This document shows, piece after piece, positions 47,130-56,916 of a DNA stretch of 64,000 nucleotides (the first letter of the stretch is position 1; every line of letters begins with the position of its first letter). The notes under the pieces are model-generated. The model was given only the letters and a program-made list of their open reading frames with translations, did no database searches and was not told where the DNA came from. This DNA comes from an uncultured virus (IMG/VR IMGVR_UViG_3300047157_000146) (taxonomy: Duplodnaviria > Heunggongvirae > Uroviricota > Caudoviricetes), in IMG/VR virus record IMGVR_UViG_3300047157_000146; one strand, 5' to 3'. The position numbers were made by a program, and so were the translations under genes.

Positions 47130-48708
47130 CATGACAGACAGCAGAAATATAGGACAGTACAGTAGATTCCATTCTAATCCCGCAGGTAGTGGATTAGTTG
47201 ATGGTGTAGATTTTCCCCACAGCGGGTTGCTTAAGGCGTTATCAGTAGGGTTGCAGAACAGTTATGCTATTCTAAACGGAACTACAGCAGACGCAACTAA
47301 GAACTTTAGTATCGTACAAACAAACTCCAGTGGAAATACGCAATTCGTAGTGAGAGCAGGTAAAGTCATTAGAGATGGAAAACTAATGCCAGAAATTGCT
47401 ACTGCTACTTTCACTCAAGGAACTCCTTCTACCTTCGATGAACCAACCACCGGCAACTCATACTTCGTCTTAGTAGTGACTAGTGATTCGACAAATGTAT
47501 TGGCGATTAGAGGAGATAAGGCAGATACTGATGTAGTGCCGCAACTAACGGCAGGTGATATTCCTGTTGCTATAATTAAATTAGATAAAGGGGGAACTGT
47601 AGATGGCAGGGCCATTCAATATTTGACTACGGCTAAGAGCGAGAACTCAATCAGTATAGGATATGATGCTGGCAGTACCACCTATACAGAAGCAAGTGCA
47701 ATTACTGGGACTAGTGAGGGGTTATTCATTTCCGGCATAGGAACGGCTACTGTTGAAGGTGCTGATAAAGTTTTAATTCAAGATACTAACGCTGTGGGAG
47801 TTAATGATGTAATTAAATCGGTTACTGTTCAATCTATTGCTGACCTAGCACCACAAGGAGATATTACTGGCGTAACTGCCGGTGATGGTTTAACTGGTGG
47901 AGGAAATAGCGGGGCTGTAACATTAGCCGTTGGTGTTGATGATTCTACTATTGAAATTAATTCCGATGCTTTAAGATTAAAGGACAGTGGAGTGACAGTT
48001 GGAAAGATGGCCGCTAATTCTGTTGATTCTGACCAATATGTAGACGGTTCTGTTGACAACATACATTTAGCAAGTGGAATAGATGCAGTTAAAATTGCTG
48101 ATGGTACAGTCACTAATGAAGAATTTCAAAGAATAAATACTCTTACTTCAAACGCACAAACACAATTAAACACTAAATTACAAGTGGGACAGTTTAGTAT
48201 GTGGATTCCGGCAGAAGCAATAAGCCCCCAATCAGTAAATCCTTGTGGTAGTTTAACAACAACTGCTAACGCTAACGCTACTCAACCTGATTTTAGAACT
48301 TTAGCATTCGACGCAGGTACTGATGAATTTGCTCAATTTTCAATTGCTATGCCTAAAATGTGGAACGAAGGAACGGTTTTATTTACTTTTTATTGGACTC
48401 ATGTTGGTAGTGCAGGTAATGATGTAATTTGGACTATTGCTGGAACTTCTGTTTCTAATGATGAAGCCATAGGGGGAGTTATTTTCGGAACTGCTGTTAA
48501 TTATCAAGATACAGCACTAGACGCTAAAGATTTGCATATTGTCAGTAGCGATAGTGCTCTCACTATTGCAGGTAGTCCCGCAGTAGGAGATGTTTGCTTT
48601 TTCCAAATATCAAGAGATGCTAATAATGGTAATGATGATTTCGCTAGTGATGCTTTGCTTATTGGTGTTAAGATGAAATACACCGTTGACGGATTAAATG
48701 ATGAGTGA
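47122..48708 (+). CDS. Tail fibre protein
   Basis: GDITGVTAGDGLTGGG, VDDSTIE and DSGVTVGKMAANSV fibre-shaft motifs. Confidence 0.7.
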   Translation: MSDMTDSRNIGQYSRFHSNPAGSGLVDGVDFPHSGLLKALSVGLQNSYAILNGTTADATKNFSIVQTNSSGNTQFVVRAGKVIRDGKLMPEIATATFTQGTPSTFDEPTTGNSYFVLVVTSDSTNVLAIRGDKADTDVVPQLTAGDIPVAIIKLDKGGTVDGRAIQYLTTAKSENSISIGYDAGSTTYTEASAITGTSEGLFISGIGTATVEGADKVLIQDTNAVGVNDVIKSVTVQSIADLAPQGDITGVTAGDGLTGGGNSGAVTLAVGVDDSTIEINSDALRLKDSGVTVGKMAANSVDSDQYVDGSVDNIHLASGIDAVKIADGTVTNEEFQRINTLTSNAQTQLNTKLQVGQFSMWIPAEAISPQSVNPCGSLTTTANANATQPDFRTLAFDAGTDEFAQFSIAMPKMWNEGTVLFTFYWTHVGSAGNDVIWTIAGTSVSNDEAIGGVIFGTAVNYQDTALDAKDLHIVSSDSALTIAGSPAVGDVCFFQISRDANNGNDDFASDALLIGVKMKYTVDGLNDE

Positions 48709-49733
48709 TTAAGATGTGGATAAGTAGAGTATCGGGAATGGGGTCTTATGCGAATAGGACTACCCCTGTAAATACTAATCTTTACAATTTGGCTTCTGTA
48801 AAATCTATCCATGAAACTAATTCTAATACGGGTGTTGGAATAAATTTTAATGCAGGTGCGGCTAATTCGGCTTGGATGACAGGTGTTCAAGTAATAGGGA
48901 CTGACATGTATATTTCAAATAGAGGGAATGGCAACTCTTTTGATAGTACAGATGTTTTCATTACAAAAATAGCAATAAGTTCTACCGGAAATGGTGCTGT
49001 GGTTGACCAAAATGCGGCAGGTTTAGGACTAAACAGTTGTGATGGATTCGGACTTAATGATGATGCCACCAAGATTATATTTGCTGATTTTCATGGTAAT
49101 CAAGTAAGAAGTGGAACAGTGAATTCTAGTTTAGCCATAACTCTCAATGGTAGTGCTTTAAATGCAGGTGGTGGAGTGAGATTTGCTAGATGGAATAATG
49201 ACGGTTCTAAGTATTATTTTGGTTATGGTACATCGGGTGGAAATAGTATAATTAAACAATATACTGCTGGAACTAATTACATAGTGACTTCCAGCGACAG
49301 TGCTGGAACTTCACAAACTCTATCAATAGGGGCGGCTAGTGATTTAGTTTTCAATAGTGATGGAAGTAAAATGTATATTCCTGACGCACTAACCGCCGAA
49401 GTTTTTGAATACGATTTGTCTACACCTTACGATATTTCAACAGAAACATTAGTTACTACTTTAGACATAAGAAGTTTCTTTACTAATAGTAGTAGTTCTA
49501 CTAATTCTCCTTGGAGGCCAGCAAGTAGTAGTAGCAGTACGCCGTGGATTTCCGGTATATCTTGGAATGATGATGGAAGTAAGTTTTATGTTATTAGTTT
49601 ATGGGGAACTACAATAGGCCCCCCTTCGCTTCAATCTAAGGTTAGCGGTACGCTCAATCCTACCCCTACGGTCACAGGAGAGGGTGGGGCTAGAACTAAT
49701 ACTATGCCAATAATTGAGTTTAGAGTACAATGA
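48705..49733 (+). CDS. Beta-propeller protein, candidate receptor-binding/adhesin
   Basis: Repeated blades LNDDATKI, WNNDGSKY, FNSDGSKM, WNDDGSKF; YDLSTPYDIST. Confidence 0.6.
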   Translation: MIKMWISRVSGMGSYANRTTPVNTNLYNLASVKSIHETNSNTGVGINFNAGAANSAWMTGVQVIGTDMYISNRGNGNSFDSTDVFITKIAISSTGNGAVVDQNAAGLGLNSCDGFGLNDDATKIIFADFHGNQVRSGTVNSSLAITLNGSALNAGGGVRFARWNNDGSKYYFGYGTSGGNSIIKQYTAGTNYIVTSSDSAGTSQTLSIGAASDLVFNSDGSKMYIPDALTAEVFEYDLSTPYDISTETLVTTLDIRSFFTNSSSSTNSPWRPASSSSSTPWISGISWNDDGSKFYVISLWGTTIGPPSLQSKVSGTLNPTPTVTGEGGARTNTMPIIEFRVQ

Positions 49734-49837
49734 GATTTAAAGAAACTATAGTAGAGGTTTTGCTTTTTATAATAGCACTATCTTATTTCTTTTTTCTTTG
49801 GATAGGGCCGACACTAATTGGAAACCGCTATTCTTAA
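49730..49837 (+). CDS. 35-aa single-TM peptide
   Basis: Hand-translated MRFKETIVEVLLFIIALSYFFFLWIGPTLIGNRYS; ATGA overlap. Confidence 0.4.
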   Translation: MRFKETIVEVLLFIIALSYFFFLWIGPTLIGNRYS

Positions 49838-49886
49838 AAAAAATACTATTTTTTAAAATGACTTCCGAGTATCAGAAAAAATCCAT

Positions 49887-49937
49887 AAAAAAAATGGCCA
49901 CTCGATTCGCCCCAAAATAGAGCGAGTCGAGTGACCA
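49887..49937 (-). terminator. Hairpin plus U-tract at convergence of the two arms
   Basis: Imperfect stem TGGCCACTCGATTCGC / GCGAGTCGAGTGACCA; A8 run at 49887-49894 gives U-tract on - strand. Confidence 0.6.
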
Positions 49938-49939
49938 AA

Positions 49940-50071
49940 TTATTTCCAAATGTATCCGCATGAGCGGCATTCCCACAACTTTACCTTCTTATCCGAGCCT
50001 AGATAGAAACCTTGTAGCCTAAGTGCAATAGTGGATTCACCACATTTAGAACACTTCTGCTTTAGCGTCAT
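49940..50071 (-). CDS. 43-aa zinc ribbon resembling TFS/TFIIS C-terminal domain
   Basis: Hand-translated MTLKQKCSKCGESTIALRLQGFYLGSDKKVKLWECRSCGYIWK. Confidence 0.6.
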   Translation of the reverse strand: MTLKQKCSKCGESTIALRLQGFYLGSDKKVKLWECRSCGYIWK

Positions 50072-50220
50072 TTCTTTTCTTCTGCGCTGTCTTTCATTAG
50101 CCGTTGCATGTATTCCTCAACGCTTTGTTCTGTTAGGTTCGAGCCGCCAAAAGCGGCAAAGAACAACAGAATTACAACGATAAGAAAAGCAAACAAACCA
50201 ATCCATTCCCATGTATCCAT
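50068..50220 (-). CDS. 50-aa single-TM protein
   Basis: Hand-translated MDTWEWIGLFAFLIVVILLFFAAFGG...; coupled at both ends. Confidence 0.55.
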   Translation of the reverse strand: MDTWEWIGLFAFLIVVILLFFAAFGGSNLTEQSVEEYMQRLMKDSAEEKK

Positions 50221-50831
50221 CACCAATCAACCTCCATATCTAAAAATTCTTCTTTCTCTATTGAGAATGCTTTTACTAAACCATTCTCTTGACCATGCTT
50301 CCAAAGGTCATATACAATTTGAGTATCCTTCATGCAATACTCTACAACCTCTTCATATCTACCCATCTTCCAAAGTTTAGGTGCGTCTGCGCTTTCCATC
50401 AACTTGTCCTGTTTCAAAGTATTTTCTGCTAAATTCTGCAACTTGAATCTCTCTCCGAAATTGCTAGTCAAGTAGCGGCTAGTGTCAATGTATTGTTTAT
50501 TATCCAAATACTTTCTAACACAATATATGTCTAAGGAGTTCTTTAAGATAGGTAAATCAAACGCACCTATGTTGTGGCCCAATAGAAGACCTCCTTCTTC
50601 TTGGTGCTTTTCCAAATCGTACTTCAACTCCGACATATCTTTTACGCTAAATCCGGACTTGGTTAGAGTATCTACGCTATCTCCTACTTCTTCTTTGGAG
50701 AGATAGACTGTGCCATTTGACCCATCCCAAGTTGCTACAGTAGATACTTGGAACATGTGGGTATTGCCAAACCCACCTATCTCATGGGACATATTCTTAG
50801 TTTCTATGTCCAATGCTAGTACACTAGACAT
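50220..50831 (-). CDS. DEDD/RNase H-like 3'-5' exonuclease
   Basis: LDIET, GHNIGAFD, YCMKD. Confidence 0.8.
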   Translation of the reverse strand: MSSVLALDIETKNMSHEIGGFGNTHMFQVSTVATWDGSNGTVYLSKEEVGDSVDTLTKSGFSVKDMSELKYDLEKHQEEGGLLLGHNIGAFDLPILKNSLDIYCVRKYLDNKQYIDTSRYLTSNFGERFKLQNLAENTLKQDKLMESADAPKLWKMGRYEEVVEYCMKDTQIVYDLWKHGQENGLVKAFSIEKEEFLDMEVDW

Positions 50832-50835
50832 GCAA

Positions 50836-51069
50836 TCACTTACCGCCATCGGTAGCCCAAAGTTTGTTGATTTTTTCCGTAGTAGGGTCAGCCTTAGTTT
50901 CTTCTTCGCCAATGCTTCTCTTTAGGAAAGCAACAATGTTCATGTTTCCTACCGTAATCATGGTAGAACATTCCCATCCTTCTTCGCCGTATGTATTCAA
51001 CGCTTCAATGATAACTTTCGGTCCTTTTGTCACATCGAAAACGATGAATGTATTTTCGTATTTTTTCAT
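50836..51069 (-). CDS. DUF4177-like small protein
   Basis: MKKYE...LNTYGEEGWE...AFLKR. Confidence 0.65.
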   Translation of the reverse strand: MKKYENTFIVFDVTKGPKVIIEALNTYGEEGWECSTMITVGNMNIVAFLKRSIGEEETKADPTTEKINKLWATDGGK

Positions 51070-52649
51070 TTTCTTTCACCTTCTTTCTTTAGTCTAACGA
51101 ATACTGCTCGGTTGTCTTTTGTTTCCTCAAAATATCCTTCGACTTTTTCCCAATGATTGTAGACGGTTGCTGGACTTACATTTTTTGTATTTCGATAGTT
51201 CTCCAACATAAATTTCTTTGGAACCCAACCGTCTACATCTTTGATTCTACGAACTTGAGTTTTCTTCAAATTTTCATAGACTTCCAAATATCCCGCTCCA
51301 ATCGTTTTTGCCATACCGGACTTAGTGACCCGTAGGCTTTGAGCAAACCACGAAATCAATGATTTATAGCAGTTGCGGATAATAAAAGCAGATTGATTGA
51401 CATTTCTAGCAGTGACTACAAACTGCTTCTTAGGGTCTTTTATGTCCTTGGCTTCGACTACAGAACATAGGTAGGCAATCCTACCCATCATTATGTTCAT
51501 CCTTGTTAAGAAGGTTCTAGCGGCTTCTCTAGTTAGTCCCTCTTCGGCCTTCACCATTCTTCTTAGGTCGTGCATTCTCAAGCGCATAGCATCTCGGAAA
51601 TCCGGTCCTCTTCGGACTACTTTGGTAGCATTGGGTCCTTCTATCTCATTCCCTTGTTCGTCGTACTTAGCAGTTGAGAGATAGCGGGCCTGTGTTAATT
51701 TGTAAATCTCGAATAGTTCTTCTGTGTATTTCTCAATAGGCAGATTAACATCTTCAAATGTTCCGAAGTTATCAACAATCATTTCATCAATTTCATCCTT
51801 AATATATTCGGGTACTTTCCAAATATACACAGTTGCTCTTTGGAATAATCCTGTTTCTGTAATTGCCTTATCTAGTTCATCCGGAGGAAAGGTAGTTGCC
51901 ATAATAGAACGCTCGGAATGGCATTCTACTACTGGACCTTCCTTCAATTTCTTAGTAATTACTTGAGAAGAACCACCAAGAGAATTCATTAGAGTATTCA
52001 AATAAGTGACAATTGAATTCTTGTGTTGTGTCTTACTGAAAACTCCGGAGTTAGTGAACTCATCCCATCGGGCTAAACCGTGTCCATCCAAAGAACCCTT
52101 GACAGGTTCCCATACTTCATCTCCAATTTCAACATCTACATTTTCTTCTGCAAAGGCTTCATTAGCAATTACTATTTTTTGGTATCCAATCAAAGCCGCA
52201 TCAGTGTACTCAACAACTTCAAAGTTATCAAATTGTTCTAGTTTATCGTGCGGTCCTATGTACTTGTGTTCCCTATAACTGTGGTGTGCGTTAATCTTAT
52301 CCCATAGTCCCTTTGAAACAGGAATTACAAAATTCATCAATTCACTCTTTCCAGTACCGGAGGTTTGAATCCAAATAAAATGTACTCTAGAATCTATGAT
52401 AGAGGATTTAATTGGTATCCTAACAAAACCTTTGCACATTTGTCCGACTAGTACTAAGGCAGTCATGGCCGCAGGTATTTCATTGTAGTGAGAAACATTG
52501 GTCGCTTCCTTTACCCATCCTTCTAAGAATTTAGGTAATTTAGTATCTCCTATAATTCTATCCGGTTGTTCTCTCACTTCTTCCGTAGGAAGGGCGTGTA
52601 ATTCTTCGTCTTTGTATTCGGGGGTTGTCACCCAATCTTCATCATTCAT
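51066..52649 (-). CDS. AAA+ ATPase, putative replicative helicase (MCM-like)
   Basis: Walker A SGTGKS, Walker B RWDEF, arginine finger GLFQR. Confidence 0.65.
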   Translation of the reverse strand: MNDEDWVTTPEYKDEELHALPTEEVREQPDRIIGDTKLPKFLEGWVKEATNVSHYNEIPAAMTALVLVGQMCKGFVRIPIKSSIIDSRVHFIWIQTSGTGKSELMNFVIPVSKGLWDKINAHHSYREHKYIGPHDKLEQFDNFEVVEYTDAALIGYQKIVIANEAFAEENVDVEIGDEVWEPVKGSLDGHGLARWDEFTNSGVFSKTQHKNSIVTYLNTLMNSLGGSSQVITKKLKEGPVVECHSERSIMATTFPPDELDKAITETGLFQRATVYIWKVPEYIKDEIDEMIVDNFGTFEDVNLPIEKYTEELFEIYKLTQARYLSTAKYDEQGNEIEGPNATKVVRRGPDFRDAMRLRMHDLRRMVKAEEGLTREAARTFLTRMNIMMGRIAYLCSVVEAKDIKDPKKQFVVTARNVNQSAFIIRNCYKSLISWFAQSLRVTKSGMAKTIGAGYLEVYENLKKTQVRRIKDVDGWVPKKFMLENYRNTKNVSPATVYNHWEKVEGYFEETKDNRAVFVRLKKEGERK

Positions 52650-53341
52650 ATTGTCACCTTATCTTCTGTGTTTAGGACTTCGAGTACTCTTTCAGCAAGG
52701 GTAAGTCCAAATCCCTCTACTGCTTTTATTTCGGATAGTTTAGCATAGGATATTTCAATAACAGAACCAAATTTCTTCAAAAGGGCTTTGGCTTTCTTTA
52801 CTGAAATTCCTTTAATTGAAGTCAGTACATCAACTCTCATATCATCAGTTGCTATCCTCTTTATCAACTGAGGATTCAATGAGGGTCTTTCTATCGGCTT
52901 CATCTTACAAATAGTTGTAATTATTAAAGAGGCTTCTATTTCACTAGGAACCCAAAAGGCTCTAGTGTCTGTATCTAAGGTAATTCTACCTATGGCTCCT
53001 AAGAATCTTCTTCTTAGGTTATGTTTGCTAAAAACGAAGTTAGTTTTCTTAGAGTTATCTACTAGAGATTGAATATCTTTTTCTAAATCACCATAGATAA
53101 TTACTATGTTGTGTTTGTAATGTCGGTCCATGTTGTCTATTTGAGTCCAAATTCTTTTGTTTAGAATTGACTGAATAAAGTCAAGACAAGACTTTGCTTC
53201 AAAACAAACATCGTCAAAAACATAGTCTCCTACTTCTATCCACTTCTTCTCATTTGGTATTCCTAGGGAATCTGCTTTTTTGATAACTAAATCAACTAAC
53301 TTAGAGCCTTTTCTTTCCCGACTATCTATAGTCAACATCAT
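52646..53341 (-). CDS. ERCC4/XPF-family nuclease with HhH motifs
   Basis: IDSRE, GDYV, FEAKS, IKGIS and VEGFG HhH motifs. Confidence 0.85.
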   Translation of the reverse strand: MMLTIDSRERKGSKLVDLVIKKADSLGIPNEKKWIEVGDYVFDDVCFEAKSCLDFIQSILNKRIWTQIDNMDRHYKHNIVIIYGDLEKDIQSLVDNSKKTNFVFSKHNLRRRFLGAIGRITLDTDTRAFWVPSEIEASLIITTICKMKPIERPSLNPQLIKRIATDDMRVDVLTSIKGISVKKAKALLKKFGSVIEISYAKLSEIKAVEGFGLTLAERVLEVLNTEDKVTI

Positions 53342-53718
53342 TCCAACTCCAACTTTTGTTGCTTGGAGTCTTGGTTTATAGATGTGGTGAGAACTTTTGT
53401 TTCTTTGTCAGTATAACCCCATACATAATCTATGAAATCGAAGAGCAACCAATCGGGCCACTCTTTAGGATATTGATTTCCTTCATCATTCCATCTCTTA
53501 GGGGAGAACCCAAAAGTCCCCATTATCTTATTTTCAAATCTCCAAAAGACTTGTCTTCCTTCCATTCTAACTTCCCATTTCCAAGCGGATAAAATAACAG
53601 GGGCGGGGTCTTCTTGTTCTCCTTCATCATAATAAGAAGGGCCATATATCATTTGATTCCATTTTGTTTCTTCGTATTTCATTTCTTTTCCTCCAAATAG
53701 TCGGGGTATCTCCAACAT
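53338..53718 (-). CDS. Hypothetical Trp-rich protein
   Basis: ORF; true start probably MKYEET. Confidence 0.45.
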   Translation of the reverse strand: MLEIPRLFGGKEMKYEETKWNQMIYGPSYYDEGEQEDPAPVILSAWKWEVRMEGRQVFWRFENKIMGTFGFSPKRWNDEGNQYPKEWPDWLLFDFIDYVWGYTDKETKVLTTSINQDSKQQKLELE

Positions 53719-54725
53719 TTACCAGCACAATACCCTTCGGGTATTAACTTGGTTTTACAGTTGGGAGTATTGTAATTACCATACACGGTAAATTTTGCAT
53801 GTTTTCTTGTTGTTGCCTTATCCCAATCAAGCCAAACTTCATCGGAACTAGCAATCTTTTCTATCTCATCTACAATAGTATTGAGTATTGATTCTTTTTG
53901 TTTTTGGTCTTTCAAATCCTGTCTTCCTGTTAGCAAATCTCGGAACCAAGATACCAAATAGACTCTGGCCATGTGCGAAGGATTCTCAACCATTATAGCA
54001 TTGTAGATGCAGGGGAGAACAGGGAGCGAACCCTCAACAACTACAGGCTCAATTTCCCCTTCGACTTCATTCATGGGGGGTGCGGAAGGCCATACTGCTA
54101 ACTTGCTACCGGAGAACTCCATAGGGACAAGACGGGGGGCCATAGCCAAATCTAGTATGTGGTCGATTCCCTTCTCTATATCTTCTTCAAAGATTGGGAT
54201 ACAATAGTAGGGGATGCCGTGTCCATTGTCGCTGGCTAGATTTACAGTATTTGGTACTCTTCTTAGTCTAGTAGTTTGACCTACTCTTTCATCTAAAGTT
54301 AGTGAATAAGGTTTTTGTTTTTGTAAGTAATCTCTTACTTCTCTAAAATAAAACTGTAGGTTTCTTGGTTCATCGGTCACTTCTCCAAAGACAAACAAGT
54401 GGAACCCTCTTCCGGAAAAGAAGATAGTGTGTTTGGTATCACCAATGTAATTCAAAGTATCCTTTAAATCTGCATAAGCATACCAAATACCATCTTCCCC
54501 ATGAGCATCAAAGTCAAAGAATACTCTATCTAGGATAACAGAAGATTCCACCTTTGCTGTTTCTGCAAACTTAGCAAAGTCGTAGACTGTAGTGTAGACA
54601 TTGGTTCTATTATTGTGACTTCTCACAAACTCAATGTAGTCACTCTTCTTCTGCACTATTCTTCTTTTCATCTGTGGGGCGTTCTTGATGTGACTTCCCG
54701 CCCACACTTCTCTCGGATATTTCAT
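53679..54725 (-). CDS. Archaeo-eukaryotic primase catalytic subunit fused to PriL-like Fe-S domain
   Basis: FDFD, FSGRGFH, RLRRVPNT; C-terminal LPC...PNC...YC...KC. Confidence 0.85.
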   Translation of the reverse strand: MKYPREVWAGSHIKNAPQMKRRIVQKKSDYIEFVRSHNNRTNVYTTVYDFAKFAETAKVESSVILDRVFFDFDAHGEDGIWYAYADLKDTLNYIGDTKHTIFFSGRGFHLFVFGEVTDEPRNLQFYFREVRDYLQKQKPYSLTLDERVGQTTRLRRVPNTVNLASDNGHGIPYYCIPIFEEDIEKGIDHILDLAMAPRLVPMEFSGSKLAVWPSAPPMNEVEGEIEPVVVEGSLPVLPCIYNAIMVENPSHMARVYLVSWFRDLLTGRQDLKDQKQKESILNTIVDEIEKIASSDEVWLDWDKATTRKHAKFTVYGNYNTPNCKTKLIPEGYCAGKCWRYPDYLEEKK

Positions 54726-55005
54726 TTTTATTTCCTCCAAAATCAATCTTTGCTGTTTGTAGCATTTTAGTAAAAACTTCTGCAATCATTCCAGTTAATT
54801 CTATTTTAACTGCTTTCTTCATACTCTCTTCATAGGTTTTAGAAGGATAAACTTCCGCATCTCTAACTAAAGAAAACCTATCCATTAAATTCATTTCATG
54901 GTAAATCTCATCGCCTAGTGCAGAAATAGTGCTTCTTAAATTAGAGAGTTCCGAGAAAGACCAATCTCTATTTCTAACAATATCTTCTATCATTTCTTCA
55001 TTCAT
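54640..55005 (-). CDS. Hypothetical protein
   Basis: ORF. Confidence 0.45.
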   Translation of the reverse strand: MNEEMIEDIVRNRDWSFSELSNLRSTISALGDEIYHEMNLMDRFSLVRDAEVYPSKTYEESMKKAVKIELTGMIAEVFTKMLQTAKIDFGGNKNEISERSVGGKSHQERPTDEKKNSAEEE

Positions 55006-55110
55006 CTAATCTCTCCAAACGATTTAGTAATGGTACTGCGTATTGCCCATATCCTAAAGAATGTAAAATAGTAATTGCATCTAAAGCAATTCTCTTGGCA
55101 TTATCTTCCA

Positions 55111-56028
55111 TCATAGCCACCCGCTATCTTGTGCCGCATCACAAAGTCCAAAGAAGGAACAGTGTGTGCAAGTCTTGTAGTAAAACTTAGTCTCAAATAT
55201 TTTTTGCTCGTAAGCGTGAATCAACTTAGCAATGTTTTTCATAACTCCATTTACATTATTCACACGGTATCTGCTAGTAGCGTCTTCGCAGTGGAAATGA
55301 TTAGAGATTGGATAATACCAAGCCCAATGACTAACAGGAATATTGGGTTCCAATCCAGCCTGTTTCAAAACCAAATCGCTAGAGTTCTCAATTAGAATTT
55401 TGTAAAATGCCATTTCTTTTCTCATAGAAGTTGCTTTGTAGTCTTTCCAAGGTCCAGTCTTAAATTCCATAGGAATGTAACCATTACCTTCTTTGAAAAT
55501 CCTATCAATAATTCCTTGGAGATGCACAACATAATCTCTACTAAGAGGGTAGTCGGGGTTTTGGTCAGCACGAATTACTATTTCGCAATCAAACTTACCT
55601 TCATTACAAGCAGGTAAAAACTCGTCTAATTTTTCATCACTTCTAGCATCGACAAATCGTTGTGCTTCAAAAGCAATAATGGTTTGGTAGTCGTCCGAGT
55701 AATCATCTAGTGGAAATAAGGTTGAGCAATAGTCAACAACTTCACTATGGGTCATATCTTCTGCCTTTTTAATGTCAAAGTCATTAAAGAAATCTTCTCT
55801 AGCATTGTGCATGATAGTTCCTTTACGCATGGCTTCTGTTTGGTCTTGCGGTAGCCTCTTAACATAACTGAACTCATACTTCTTTGGACACCAATCGAAG
55901 GTTCCGAGAGAAGACTTGCTTATCTTCAATATAGGTTCTGTAGGGTCGTCTGTGTTTTCCGGCATAAACTTGTAAGTGTAGTCTGCCATCGCTTCTATTT
56001 CTATTTCATAATCTGTTTTATCGGTCAT
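55111..56028 (-). CDS. Cas4-like PD-(D/E)XK exonuclease with Fe-S cysteines
   Basis: WCPKK, GIIDRI, EFKTG, CTHCSFFGLC. Confidence 0.85.
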   Translation of the reverse strand: MTDKTDYEIEIEAMADYTYKFMPENTDDPTEPILKISKSSLGTFDWCPKKYEFSYVKRLPQDQTEAMRKGTIMHNAREDFFNDFDIKKAEDMTHSEVVDYCSTLFPLDDYSDDYQTIIAFEAQRFVDARSDEKLDEFLPACNEGKFDCEIVIRADQNPDYPLSRDYVVHLQGIIDRIFKEGNGYIPMEFKTGPWKDYKATSMRKEMAFYKILIENSSDLVLKQAGLEPNIPVSHWAWYYPISNHFHCEDATSRYRVNNVNGVMKNIAKLIHAYEQKIFETKFYYKTCTHCSFFGLCDAAQDSGWL

Positions 56029-56030
56029 AA

Positions 56031-56915
56031 TTACCACCATTCATCGAATTTTCTTTGCTGTGTTTTTATTTTTTTAGTGTCCCAACCCATAGCATCGAAA
56101 ATGGGCTGGACTTTACTCACTACTTGTTCGGCGTAGTGGGGCCAATCTGGTTCAAAACCCTCTATCTCGGAAAAAGTATTTCCGGAAACATAAGTTGCTT
56201 CCTTACGAACACCGCTTAGTGGGTCAGTAAAGAAACCTCTTGGTCTTATTCTTAGGAAGACATAAGAATCTTCAAAGGTAATATTTCTTTCTTGCATAGA
56301 GTACAACACCCCTACAATACCTTCGCTAATTGTTGGCTTCTTCCCTTTGGTTGTTAAGAAAGTAGATGGATGCTTGGCGCATTTGCTACAATAGAACTCA
56401 CCATCAGTCCAAGAAATTTCCCTAATGTCGTACTTCTTATTACAGGTACACTTTACTTGGAATCTTTCTTTCTTTAGTCTAGTTCTTTTTGCTACTTCTC
56501 GGAAATCAATTTCCCCACTCAGTACTTTGACATAAGAAGACTTAGCATATTCGACTATTTCTTGCTCCGATTTTCCGGAAACCCACATATTTAGGGCTAC
56601 TGTTTGAACTTCTTTTGCCATTACTGTCTCGGAAATTCTCTTAGAAGTAAATCCTGTTAGGGTAAATTTAGGTTCCTCTAACCAAACTCCATCTTCCCAA
56701 GAAATCAATCCGGCATTTCTATTCTTTGTGATTCCTACGCCTAATGATTCAAAGTATTTCTCAAATTCTAGAATAACAGGGTGTTCTTCTAGACCTAGTA
56801 AATTAGGAAAGATAGTTCTAACTTCTTCATTTATTTTTTCAAGAGATGAAAAAGCCGACTCTATAGAATCTACCTTGACATAGATTGAGTCTGTGTGTCC
56901 ATAAACTACTTCCAT
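56031..56915 (-). CDS. polB: Family B DNA polymerase, C-terminal part of split gene
   Basis: Motif C YGHTDS, LEFEK, KNRNAG, C-terminal PIP-like QRKFDEWW. Confidence 0.85.
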   Translation of the reverse strand: MEVVYGHTDSIYVKVDSIESAFSSLEKINEEVRTIFPNLLGLEEHPVILEFEKYFESLGVGITKNRNAGLISWEDGVWLEEPKFTLTGFTSKRISETVMAKEVQTVALNMWVSGKSEQEIVEYAKSSYVKVLSGEIDFREVAKRTRLKKERFQVKCTCNKKYDIREISWTDGEFYCSKCAKHPSTFLTTKGKKPTISEGIVGVLYSMQERNITFEDSYVFLRIRPRGFFTDPLSGVRKEATYVSGNTFSEIEGFEPDWPHYAEQVVSKVQPIFDAMGWDTKKIKTQQRKFDEWW

Positions 56916-56916
56916 A

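Noticed and set aside
166..49072. Numerous - strand ORFs opposite the structural genes (and + strand ORFs opposite replication genes)
   Set aside because: Antisense shadows of long genes, Ser/Leu/Phe-rich, without RBS or motifs
40264..49733. Diversity-generating retroelement targeting tail fibres
   Set aside because: No reverse transcriptase and no TR/VR pair noticed
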